From Cyanophora paradoxa CCMP329 (lineage: Eukaryota; Plantae; Glaucophyta): 64,000 nucleotides of DNA. Every line of letters starts with the position of its first letter. Positions within the stretch are counted from its first letter, which is position 1. Shown here piece by piece: positions 12,939-24,422 of the stretch. The notes beneath the pieces were generated by a model. The model did not search any database. It was not told the DNA's origin and was given only the letters and a program-made list of their open reading frames with translations. Location of the stretch: assembly GCA_004431415.1 (NCBI GenBank), contig QPMI01000129.1:186001-250000 (forward strand). Reading direction: 5' to 3'. A program made the translations under genes and the position numbers.

Positions 12939-15900
12939 CTAGTAGTTCTCGAAAACGCGGTCGGGGCGGCCGTTGGCGGCGGCGACGCGGGAGCCCCACT
13001 CGAGGAGCTCCTTGGAGCAGTCGTCGGGGTGGAGGGAGACCTCGATGAAGGCCAGCGCCTCCGGCTCCCCCTCCGCCCGCTTCAGCGCTGCCCCGCACCG
13101 CCCCCGCGCGTAAGAGGCGGAGCAGGGCAGCGCTGGCCGGCGGGTGTGGGGGGCGGACCCTCGACGAGCTCCTGCTCGGAAGAGACGCGGGCGCTCCACG
13201 CCTTCCCGCGCCGGGCCCCCGCGCCCTCCTCCTTGGGGCCCAGGAAGACGTCCACCAGGCCCTGCCCTCGCCCCGGCCCGGGCCTCAGGAGAGGAAGGAC
13301 GAGAGAGGGACAGGGCGGGCGGGGGGGCGGGCGGGCGGGCGGGCGGGCCTTGTAGTCCCAGTTCTGGATGCGGTTGTAGGGCCCGTCGTGGATCTCGACC
13401 TCGATGGTGTAGCCGCGGTTGTTCAGCAGGAAGATGATCGGGTTGAGCTCGTTCCTGCGCGCGCCCCGGCGCGTGTCAGCCCGGCCGTGCTCTGGACGCC
13501 GGGGCGTGGCGCGGCGCGTCGCTGCTCACCGGATCATAGTGGAGAGCTCCTGGCAGGTCATCTGCGCCGGCCCCGAGCGAGGTGAGGGGCCGGGTGGGAG
13601 GGGCCGGGGCGGGGCGGGGGGGCGGGCCTGGAAGGAGCCGTCGCCGATGAGGCCGATAGCGCGGCGGCCCTCCGCCCGCGTCGCCATCGCGTACCCCAGC
13701 ACCGCCCCCACCGACCACCTGCGGTCCGCGGGCGGGGCGACGCATTCGATGAAACGTAAGCCTTACGAAAGTTTCTGATCACGAAACGATTAACCGCGCG
13801 GACCCGATGGAGCCGTACTGCATCTGGAACTCGTACGTCGCCCCGTCGGGGAGCTTCAGCTTCTGGCCCCAGAACCAGGAGTCGCCCCTGCCCGCCCGAG
13901 CCCGACAATCAGCGCGGCGGGGGCGGCGGGGGCGACGGGGGCGGCGGGGGCGGCGGGGGCGGCGGGGGGCGGCGGGCGGACGTCTCGACGAGGAGGGAGT
14001 GGGAGGGCTTGAGGAGGTTCTGGATGTGCTTGTAAAGAACCTTGGTCTCCAGGGCGCCCTCGGCATTCGCGGGGGTGATGTCCCCGGGGGGGACGTGGAG
14101 GCGCTGCGCTCAGAGAGAAGCCGCTCAGCGGGACCGGCGAGGCCTGGGAAGCAGGCCTGGGAGTTCGAAACGGGCTCGCACGCGGTAGGCCACGAGGGAG
14201 GCGTCCTTGGGCTGGAAGGCCACCGAGGCCGCCAGCGCCGCCAGGAACTGCGCCATGTACACGCACCCGAACTGCCCGCCGCGGCGGCGACGCTCGGGAT
14301 TGGGGAGCTGGTGGCGGGGGCCGGGGCCGGGGCGGGGCGGGGGCGACCTCCTGGCCGCCGGGGAGGCGGACGCGGTCCTCGGAGACGAGCACCATCTTCT
14401 CCTTCGTGATCAGCGTCGAGTAGCTGCCCGCCGCTAGTTGAGCGCCGCGCGGGGAGGGGAGGGGAGGGGATGGGAGGCGGAGGGGCGGGCTCGCCCGACG
14501 GTCGTGTAGTCGTTGCTGCGGCCGGGCCCCGGAGGGTCGAGGTGAGGGGCGACGCGAAGCACAGCACAGCAGAGGGCGCGGACAAGATTGGTCCAACGAA
14601 GACGTAGAGATCGCAGCTCTCCACCACCTCGCACGTGAACGCTGCGAGGAGAAGTAACGCTACTGTCGGAGGCAGGAAAGAGCGGGCCGCCGCGGTGGAG
14701 CGGGTGCGCACGGGCGGAGGCCATGCCCCAGTAGGTGCCGATGAACTGCCCGTGGTTCTCGGGGAACATCCCTGCCGCGCCCCCGTGAGGCCGCGCGGGG
14801 GGTAGCAAGTGGCCGAGCGGGGCGCGCCCTTCGCGTCCGGCATCACTGCGCGGGAGGGGCCGCCGTGAGTTGGAGCCCCAAGCGGGGGCGGCGGCCGCGC
14901 GCGCACCGGCAACGGCGGAGGCGCCGCGCTCGGCGAGCTTGAGGAAGGTGGCGCGCGCCTCCGTGCCCCGCATGCGCGACCCCGCCACCAGCACCGGCTT
15001 CACCGCCCCGGACCAGAGCTGCCCGGGCGGAGGTCTTCGGGTGGCGGGCGGGCGGGCGGGCGGCTCCGCCAGGCAGACCTCGGCGACCCGCATGACGGCC
15101 TGCTCCTGCGACCACGGGTTGCCTGCGCGCGCCGCCGCCCGGCCGTCAGGTGCAGGCGGTATGGGTCCCGACCCAGCGCAGCGCACTCTTGGGGATCTTG
15201 TCGAGGCACATGGGGACCGGCGCGGGGCATTTCGCTCCAGACAGATTGCACGAGATCTGCCGCCCCGCTCAGCTGGCGGCCCGAGTGCGGCCTAGGGCGG
15301 GGGCCGCGGTCGCCTCGATGTAGACGGGCTTCTTCGCTGCGCAGATCGGAGCGTTTCAGTGTCACAGATGCGGAAGGTTATGTTCGGATTTGATTTCGGA
15401 TTTGAACCCGAGGCGCACTCTTGAGGGCGGCGGCGATGGCTTTGTCGATGAGGCGCGGCGCGTCGATGTTCGAGTTGACGACCACCGCCTCCGCCGTCAC
15501 CGTCTTGAACATCTCGTACTGCTGGTTCCGGTTCGGCAAGCCCGTCGTGTGGTGAATGATCCGGTTCGTGCTGAAGTCATTCGTGTTCGGGCCTCCCTGC
15601 ACGTGCACGACCGCGGCCGCAGGCGGGGTCTGTCAGCGCATGCGAGAACGGCGAGGCTGGCTAGGAAAACGCGCGCACGCTGATGCAGATGAGGGGAAGA
15701 TCCTCGCTGTACGCGCCCGCGACGGCATTGATAAGGCTCAGCCCGCCGACCGTAAAGGTGAACACGACAGCGCCAACGCCCTTAGCCCGCGCGTAGCCGT
15801 CCGCTGTAGGCGCGGCGGCTTTTAGAAGATGAGCGCAGCAACCATGAAAGATAGAGACCGCACCAGCGTAGCCCGCGTTGAGCTTGGGGAGAAAGGCGAG

Positions 15901-16553
15901 GCTCGCCTCAATTTGAGGAACTGCGCATGCAGGTCCAGCGAACCTCGTTGCAGCAGCCGATCATCTCCAGATTCTTATTCATGAGGAGCTGGTCCTGCAG
16001 GAAATTGATATGCGTCAGCGTTTATAATGAATAATAACTTCAGTGGGTGAGCGAAAAATATGACGCACCAGAAGGCCCAGGTTGTAGTCCTGGCTCAAGT
16101 TGAAATTAGATCTCGATCGCGAGTTTCAGCGAACCCAGCGCGTGCATTTAGCATGCGTAATTGCGCATGCATGTGCACGGCTCGCGCCATGAAAGCGACA
16201 GCACGCGGGGGGAGAGCGCACGCCGGGAACGGCGAAGTAGTGATGGACGCCGATCTGGGAAGAGCGCGCGTATAAAGCAAGGCGATTGAGATAATTCTCC
16301 GCGCACCTCCTCCAGCCGGCGCGAGAGATACGTCCCTGCGCGAGCGCGAGCGCGCGTCAGCGAGCTCGTGCGCATGCTACGTGGTGCGCGTGCGCGTGCG
16401 CAGCGCACCGATCGTTTCCGAGCCCAGCTGCAAGTCGCCGCCGAGCTCCGTGCCTCGACGCACATTCGCCGTCCTGCCGCCCGAGAAGCTTCGCTGGCAG
16501 CCAGCGTCCTCGCTCTCCACCTTGAGACGCTCGAGCTCCTTGGTGGCGGGCAT
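12939..16553 (-). CDS. PDC: Pyruvate decarboxylase (ThDP-dependent), many introns
   Basis: FAVPG|DYNL, GCCNE|LNAGYAA|[31 protein letters not shown]|[42 protein letters not shown]. Confidence 0.95.
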
Positions 16554-16999
16554 CGTCGTCGCTCTTGTGCGTATGCGAACTCGAGGCGCTTAGGTTGGAT
16601 CCCGGATCGTGGTGAGCGGATCACGACCGAAAGGTCAACTAGTTGGAGGGGGGGTCCGCGATCCCCTTCTTCCCCCTTCTTTGTCCTTCCTCTTCTCTAT
16701 CCCTCCTCTCCTCTAGATCTAGATCTGCGAGCTCCTCTAGATCTCCCCTCTGATTTCCTCCTCTCCTGTGGATACGGCGCCGGCGTGAGCTCGAGAGGCG
16801 AATCTCCAGGAACTTGGGAGGGAGTGATACCTTGGAAAGGGAAGGCGATGCACCCCGCTGTCCCTTCTGCCTCCGCCGACAAGACTCGCATACCGGGTGA
16901 CGGGCCGGGCGAAATGAAACGCAGAGATGAACAAAAAAAACCCACAAAATTGAAAGTTTCAAAGAAAGGTCGGGGTTGCTAACGGGTCGGAGGAGGGGG

Positions 17000-18670
17000 A
17001 GGGGACACGTGCACGGGCCTTCCCGTGGCGTCGCCCACGGCCCCACGCATCCACTCCGTGAGCTGCGGCGCGGCCCGGCTCAAAAAAGCGGGCGGCGGAA
17101 AGAGGAGAGGGGGGTACGCGCACCTCGGCGACGGAGGCGACGGTGCGGCGTATGTCGGCGACGTTGCGGTCGTCGAGGAGCACGGCCGCCTTCCGCGCCA
17201 CCCCCGCCACGTCCTCCACCGCCTGCGCCCCGCGGCCGCCCCGTCAGAGGCGCCGGCTGGCTGGCGCCACGGGGAGGCAGATCTAGAGCGGGCGGGGCGC
17301 GCCTTGTCGAGCTTGTCGGAGGCGACGGCGGCCCGCGCCGTGAGCGTCTCCAGGTCCTCGAAGAGCTGCGGGCGGCCCGAGTTAAACTCACCGGCGTCTT
17401 GGATCTAGGCAAGTGGATCTGCGGCACCTTCGCGCGGTCCAGGTGGTTCGCGACGCGGGTGCCCACCTGCGAGTGCAAGGCCGTCAGACGGCACTGGTGC
17501 GGGGCCGTGCGGGCCTGCAGGCTGCGGCGGGGCGCGCCCGAACGAAGTCGTCGTAGGAGGTGCCGCTGGTGCCCTTGACGCGGTCGCCGGCACAGAGGAC
17601 GATCGCCGGGTCGCACGTGCGGCTCCGCGCCCGCTGCACCCCGAGCGCCGCCGCCGCCGAGCCGCGCAGCGGCGGGCGCCGGGCGGGGGCCCCGCTCCCC
17701 GAGGTGGAGGCCTCGGGTGCGTCGAGGGCAGAGGCGGAGGCGAGGGCGAGGGGGCCGCGGGGGTCGGGCTTGATGTCGATGACCGTCTCGCTGATGAGGC
17801 CCGACTGGTTCGCCTCGAAGAGGGCGTCCTGGGGCCCCGCCCCCGCCTCAGGCAGGGCCCGAAGGCCGAGGTCTGGGAGGGGGTCCCGGGCGGCACCTTG
17901 GGGATGATGTTCGCGTCGTCGTCGAACTCGGCCGTGACGACCACCTCGGCGGCCGTCGGCGAGACCGAGACCACCTTCCCTGCGCGCCGCCCGCGGCGGG
18001 GCTTTCAGGCCGGCTGCAGGTCTACAGGCCGGGGCGGGGCCGGGACAGCCGCACCGACGGGGACGCCGCGTAAGCGGACGATGGTGCCGGCGTGGATGCC
18101 GCTTGCGTCGTCGAAGAGAAAGTGGGCGCGGTAGGAGCGCGAGTTGACGGAGAAGGAGCCGATCCACACGACGAGGCCCGAGAGCGCCATGAGCGCCACC
18201 GCCATTGTTGCGTACACAGACAGCCTGCACGGACCAGACATCAGGCCCTGCGGGGCGCCCTGGCGGCCTGCATGAAGTGTTCCAAGTGCCGCACCGCTTC
18301 GTCCCGTGCGCTTTCTTGGAGAAGAAGGAGACGCGCTCCCAGATCATAGCTATGAACTTCCTGAGCCAGCACGAAAACATCCGCCAGAGATAGCGGGGCC
18401 CTGCCGGCGGATCGCTGTTCACTGCAGCCGCGGAACGCGGCTGTTGTGTCGTCTTCGCCACCAAAGGCCTGGGCGACCGGGGCTCGGGCCCCGGATCTGG
18501 CTCGAAAGGCTGTGCGGCGTGCGAGGCACGCAGATCGGTGGCCGGCCTGCGTGTCGTTGGCGACCTGGCGTACGTATCCGGTTCAGATCAAACCAGGCGG
18601 ATGCAAGGGCGCTCCCGTTTCATTGTGGAAGGTGAGCGAACCTGCAAGGAACCAAACGGACCGCATGCTG
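17000..18670 (-). CDS. MlaD/MCE-domain lipid transport protein (TGD2/ycf22-like)
   Basis: TM helix, then FDDASGIHAGTIVRLRGVPVG|KVVSV..IIPK|..ANQSGLISETVIDIKP, followed by coiled coil; both ends approximate. Confidence 0.8.
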
Positions 18671-18851
18671 TAACCGTCGCGGCGGTGTCGAGCCCAGATC
18701 GAAACTCCGGCAAAGCCGAGCGGGCCGCGGGCCGCCAACGCAAAGACTAGCCGTGCTCGGTCGCACTGGTCTCCTGCAGGAGGCCCCGGGGGGGACCAGG
18801 CCGACCAAGACCCAGGCCATTGGAATCTGCGAGAGTACCCCCAACAAAAAA

Positions 18852-21276
18852 ATGTTCGCCTCAACCGCCTTTCCCGCCGCCGCGAGGCAGAGCGCCCTCG
18901 TGACGGAGTGGCGTGGAGTTTCTGTGCGGAATCCCAGCTCGTGCCAACCGCTGCGGGCGCGGGTTGCGGCCCGCCGGACGTTCAAGGCCCCCGGCGCCGT
19001 CCCGCAGTTTTTCTGCGAGGCACCGGCGGAGCAGGCGACCGCCGAGCGTGCCAACGGCTACGTGCCGCAGCCGGCCATCCGCTACGATTCCCGCTGCCCA
19101 GAAGAGAGCGCGATCCCGCCGGAAGAGCTGCCGCGTGCGTCACCCCAGTAGCTAGACACCCGCCATGTGCATGGCATGCTTTTTGCATGTCGTGACGCCG
19201 GCCCGCGCCCCCTCGTCTCCTTTTGCCTCCTTTCCGGCCGGCCGCGCGCCCGCTCGTCTCCTGATGCTTCCTTTCCGTCTACTAGACGACGAGTTCCACG
19301 TGCCACACCTCGAGGACTTTATTGAAGATCTGCAATGGCGGCCCAGCCCGCTTGACGGGGAGTTCAACTGCCGCCTCTCCGAGCTTGGTGCCCCCCAGTT
19401 TTCCTTCACGGGTCAGTTCATCACGGAGGACACGATGGTCAACTATGACATCGTTGAGCGGCCCAACCGCACGCGGGACCAGCGCAAGATGCTCCGCGCT
19501 GGACCCCGCAAGAACATCTGCTACGACCCTGCGTGCGTTCTGCACCCTCCGGCCGGCCGCGCGCCCGCTTGTCTCCTTATGCTTCCTTTCCGTCCTTTCA
19601 GCACCGTGAAGGCGGCCATCGTGACGTGCGGCGGCCTCTGCCCTGGGCTCAACGTCGTTGTCCGTGAGTTGGTGATGTGCCTGTGGCGCAACTACGGCGT
19701 GCGCGACATCTACGGCATCGCCTCCGGCTACCGTGCGCCAGTAGCGCTGCTATCTGATGCGGCGCGCGGCCCCGCTGAGCTCCTCACAGGCGGCTTCTAC
19801 GATCCGGAGACTCCTTTTATCAAGCTCGACCCCGAAGTTGTTGCGACCATTCACGAGCAGGTGCGCCCACCGGGAGCCGCCGCTCCCGTCCTTTCGCTCA
19901 GGCGCTCGCCGCGGGCAGGGCGGCACTTTCCTGGGCTCGTCGCGCGGCGGCTTCGACGGCGAGAAGATCTGCAAGGCGCTGGAAGAGCACGGCATCAACC
20001 ACGTGCGCTGCGCCCCGCAATTCGCGGCCGGCGGCTGTTCGTGACCCCGCGCCGGTGCAGGTCTACATCGTCGGCGGCGACGGCACGCACCGCGGCGCGA
20101 ACGCGATATACGAAGAGACCCGCAAGCGCGGCATGCACGTCTCCGTCGTTGGTCCGCGACTGCTCCGGCGCCGGCGCCCTCGCCCGCCGCTCGCGCCCCG
20201 CCGCTGAGCGCCGCCGGCCGGCACGGCGCGCGCAGGCGTCCCGAAGACGATTGACAACGACGTCGCGTTCATCGACAAGGTCCGGAGGGCCGCCCCGGCG
20301 CCCCGCCCCGCCCCTCCCCGCCCCGTCCCGCCCTAAGCCCCGCCCCCGCAGAGCTTCGGCTTCGACACGGCGGTCGCTGAGGCGACCAAGGCGATCGAGT
20401 CGGCTTTCGGTGCGCGGCGTAGCGGCAGCACGCCGGTGGCCTCGGCGGAGCGCGCGCGCCTGACCCGGCCCCGCGCGGCGGCGCAGTGGAGTCGCGGTGC
20501 TACCCGAACGGGATCGGCGTGGTGAAGCTGATGGGCCGCTCCTCGGGCTTCATCGCGATGCACGCGGCGATGGCGTCGCGCGTGGTGGACGTGTGCCTCA
20601 TCCCCGAGGTGCCGTTCGCGCTGGAGGGCGCCAAGGGCCTCCTCCGCTACCTCGAGGCGGTCGTCGCCGAGAAGGGCCAGGCCGTCATCGTCGTCGCCGA
20701 GGGCGCCGGCCAGGACCTCATCCCCGAGACCGGCGAGAAGGACAAGTCCGGCAACAAGAAGCTCGCCAACATCGGCGCCTTCCTCGTCGACCAGATCAAG
20801 GCCCACTTCGACAAGCGCGGCAAGGAGACCAACATCAAGTACATCGACCCCACCTACAGTCCGCCCCCGCTCCCCCGCGCCCCGCGCCCTCGGCCCCCCG
20901 CGCTCGCTGAGCGGGGCCGGGGGCAGTGATCCGCTCGGTGCCGGCGAACGCGGCGGACAGCCTGTACTGCACGATCCTGGCGCAGAACGCGGTGCACGGG
21001 GCCTTCGCGGGCCTCACCGGCTTCACCTGCGGCCGCGTCAACAACAAGCACGTCTACCTCCCCATGTCCGCCATCACCCACAAGGTGCGCCGGGGTGGGG
21101 AGAGGGGAGGGCAGGGCAGGAGACCGCCTGGGCCGAAGCTCACGGCCCTCGCCCCGCAGACGGCGCACGTGAACCCCGACTCGCGCATGTGGTACCGCCT
21201 CATGTTCTCGACGATGCAGCCCGAGTTCTCCACGCACATCCCCGTCGAGGAGCAGGACCCCAAGGACGACATCTAA
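18852..21276 (+). CDS. PFK: ATP-dependent 6-phosphofructokinase (plant/algal type) with plastid-like transit peptide
   Basis: [75 protein letters not shown]; leader [14 protein letters not shown]. Confidence 0.95.
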
Positions 21277-21700
21277 CTCGATCCGAGCCCGCCCGCCCGC
21301 TCGTTTCCGAGGGAGGTTTCCGCTCAGGCTCGCTTGTTTTCGCCGCATAATGACTTTGTCACCTTTCCATCTCCATCGCCGCTAGCTATAGTGCATTAGA
21401 TCGTGACGCGTGATGTTCGCGTGCTGTTCGCCTCGACCGCCCTTCCCCCCGCCGCGAGGCAGAGCGCCGCTAGTGTAGGCATCTGAACGCTCGTGTCGCC
21501 CCCAGCATGTTTTGATCAAGAGAGTTAGGCAGTCAGATATTTCAAGCAGGGCAGTCCCGTCCCCAGACAGTTTTTGATTGGTCCCCTCTTCTGGCGTCGT
21601 TCTAGTTTTATGTATATTCGTGAAGTGTCGTCAATTTATACAGCTCCCCGTCGGTCATTCAGGAGGGGATCATGTACAAGTGTGAGCATTGCGAGCTAGA

Positions 21701-23373
21701 TCAGAGGCGGGCGCGTTGCTGGAAGGCAGCGGTCATGATGGCGCCCTGGGTCATCCAGCAGCCGCCGTCGACGGGGAGGACGGCGCCGGTGACGTACGAG
21801 GCGCACTCCTCGGCGCAGAGGAAGAGCGCCGCCTGCTCCATCTCGTGGTTCGACGCCATCCGCTGCAGCGGGATCTGCCCATGCGCGCCCGCGCAGGCGT
21901 GCCGGGTGAGGCACACAGATCGAGGGGTGGTGCAGCGTCATACGAGCGCGCACCGACTTGGCGAGCTTGTCCTTGAAGGCGCCGGGGAGGAGCCGCCGGA
22001 AGCCCTCCGTGTCTGCCGGAGGGGGGAAAGGCGTGGGCCGGGGAGCGAGAGAGGGGGCGGGAGAGAGCGAGGGGCGGGCGCACCCTCGACTGGCCCGGGC
22101 CCGAGGGCGTTGACGCGGATGTTCTTGGGGCCCCACTCGACGGCCAGGTGCCTGCGCAGGGGATGAGGTGTACAGGCAGATTTGGAGCCCCGCAGGGGTG
22201 GAGCGGCGGCACCGGGTCATGGCGTCCACGGCGGCCTTGGCGGAGCCGGCGTGGACCTGCAGCGGGCTCGCGTTGTAGTGCAGCGTCATGCTGCGCCCCG
22301 CCCATTTGAGGCCGCCGAGAGCTGCATGCAGGTGCAGACGCGCGGAATCGGGACGGGTACCTGATGTTCAAGATGACGCCGCCGTGCTCGCCCATCCTGG
22401 TCAGGTGTCATCTGAAGAAATCTCGAGCGCAAGCGGAGGCCGGGCCGCACCAGGCGTGGTAGGCGGCCTTGGAGGCGTTGAAGGTCCCGATCGTGTCGAT
22501 CTCGACCACCGTCTTGAACGCGTTGTACGAGAGACGCTCCGCCTGCGCGCGCCGGCGACCCGCCCCGTCGATCGGCCGCCCAGTGGCGCGGCGCGGCGCG
22601 TCGGGGGCGAAGAGGGGGGCGGACCGCCGCCAGGAAGTTGCCGGCCGCCCCTGCACGTCGTGCCTCGTCAGCCGCCGGGCGCGCGGCGCGGCGGAAACAG
22701 AGCGCACCGTTGACGAGGATGTCCAGAGAGCCGAGCTCGTTGACGCAGGCCTTGCACGCCTTCTCGATCTGCGGCCGGCGGCGCTCGAGCGCACGAGGGG
22801 CTGGCGCGCGGGGCGCGGGGCAGGGCGGCACGCCTGCTCGGGGCTGCGGACGTCCGCAGCGAAAGACTTGACCACGCTGCCGGTTGCGAAGCTCATCTCC
22901 TCCGCCGCCTTCTTCAGCTTCTCGCCGCTCCGCGAGACAATCATCACCCGCGCGCCGTGCCGCGCGAACGCCTCGGCGATCCCTCGGCAGATGCCTGCGC
23001 GGCGCACGTTCAGAGCGCTGGAAACGCCGAACGAAGCGCACGGCAGCGGCGGTCACCGGAGCCGCCTCCCGTCACCAGAGCGACCTGGCCGGCAAGGAGG
23101 TCCTGTCGGAAGGCGCTACGCTTCGGGGCCGGCCGCGGCACGACGGCTCGAGGACCCTGCGTAACGTTCTGCGTAGGCGCGCGGCGAGGGCGTCAGCGAG
23201 CGCTTGCAAAACCGGTGCATCGCGCAGTTACGTACGCTGGGCCCCGCAGCGGAGGGGCGGGGGAGCGAGCCCTTGTTGAACAGCGGGTGGATCTTCGCCA
23301 CCAGATCCGCGTACGCGTGCGCCGCCTGCTCCTTGGTCAAGCCGCCTTTTGCCGAGGCCACGGGTTCCGTCAT
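21701..23373 (-). CDS. DECR2: Peroxisomal 2,4-dienoyl-CoA reductase (SDR) with residual ACBP C-terminal helix
   Basis: [25 protein letters not shown]..|[20 protein letters not shown]|[44 protein letters not shown]; C-terminal ARL* is a PTS1. Confidence 0.9.
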
Positions 23374-23930
23374 CTCGTAGAGGGCGGATTCACGTGAACT
23401 GTACATGTGGCGTTCTCGATGGCCAGGACCCCCGCCTAGCTATAGGCTAGTCGAATTCACGTGAACTGCGGCGTTTTATATCTCGAAAAGCAGTACAAAC
23501 GACGGCAGCCGAGTCGAATTCACGTGGCGTTCTCGAAAAGCAGAAAGCGAGGGCTAGGGGGGTACTCGGCCTGGCAGTACGGGTACTTGATCATGACTAG
23601 TACTCGCACGGCATACTCGACATGCATAAGGAGCCGAATCGCACGGAGCGCCGCGAACGAACGAATGTACTGGCGCGAGCCGCGGTCACGGTACTGGCCA
23701 ATGGCCATTTCAAGTTTCCGGCTTTAACTGTGAACCGAGAAGTCGGATCGGAGCGCTTAGAGCCTTCGAAACTTGCCAAGTTGCATGTTGAAATTCACGT
23801 GAGCCGCAAATCAACGTTCACGTGAACGTTAACGTGAACTGAGACGTCGACGCGCTTTTCACGTGAACGCGTACGTATACGTGAACTGAGACGTCGATCG
23901 CGACGCGCTTAGACTATGTATATAGCTAGC

Positions 23931-24014
23931 ACAGCGGTACGCGTTTGTATACCTCTGCGATCGCCAAATATTATTCTTCCAAGTCTATGGGCCCATACAA
24001 ACGCGTACCGCTGT
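23931..24014. repeat. Perfect 20-bp inverted repeat (mini-MITE or hairpin)
   Basis: ACAGCGGTACGCGTTTGTAT (23931-23950) / ATACAAACGCGTACCGCTGT (23995-24014); no TSD found. Confidence 0.8.
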
Positions 24015-24422
24015 CACGGCGCTGTGTAGCTCGTGCATATGATCATGATCACGTGAACGTGAACTGATCATGAGACGTCGACGTCGACGCTGGACGCACT
24101 AGCGCTTAAGCTTAGACGAACCTGCCCGTCTGCCTCATGATCATGATCATGAGCATGTGTCATGATCGATATCAGCGGACTCACGTGCACCCGGACGCGG
24201 CCCTGGCAGCTGCATGCGCAGACGTCGACGTCGACGTCGTCCCGGGTCCACAACCCGTGCCGCCCCGGGCGGGCGGAGGAGCGGGGAGGCCCGTCGACGT
24301 CAATGCATATGCGAGCCTCCAGCAGCGCGCGCTAGCAGCAGCTGCAGCATATGCATGGACTCCGGGACCGCCGCAAGCTAAGGTCAAGCTCGAGCACGGC
24401 CGGCGCCGGGCTGGACGTCGAC

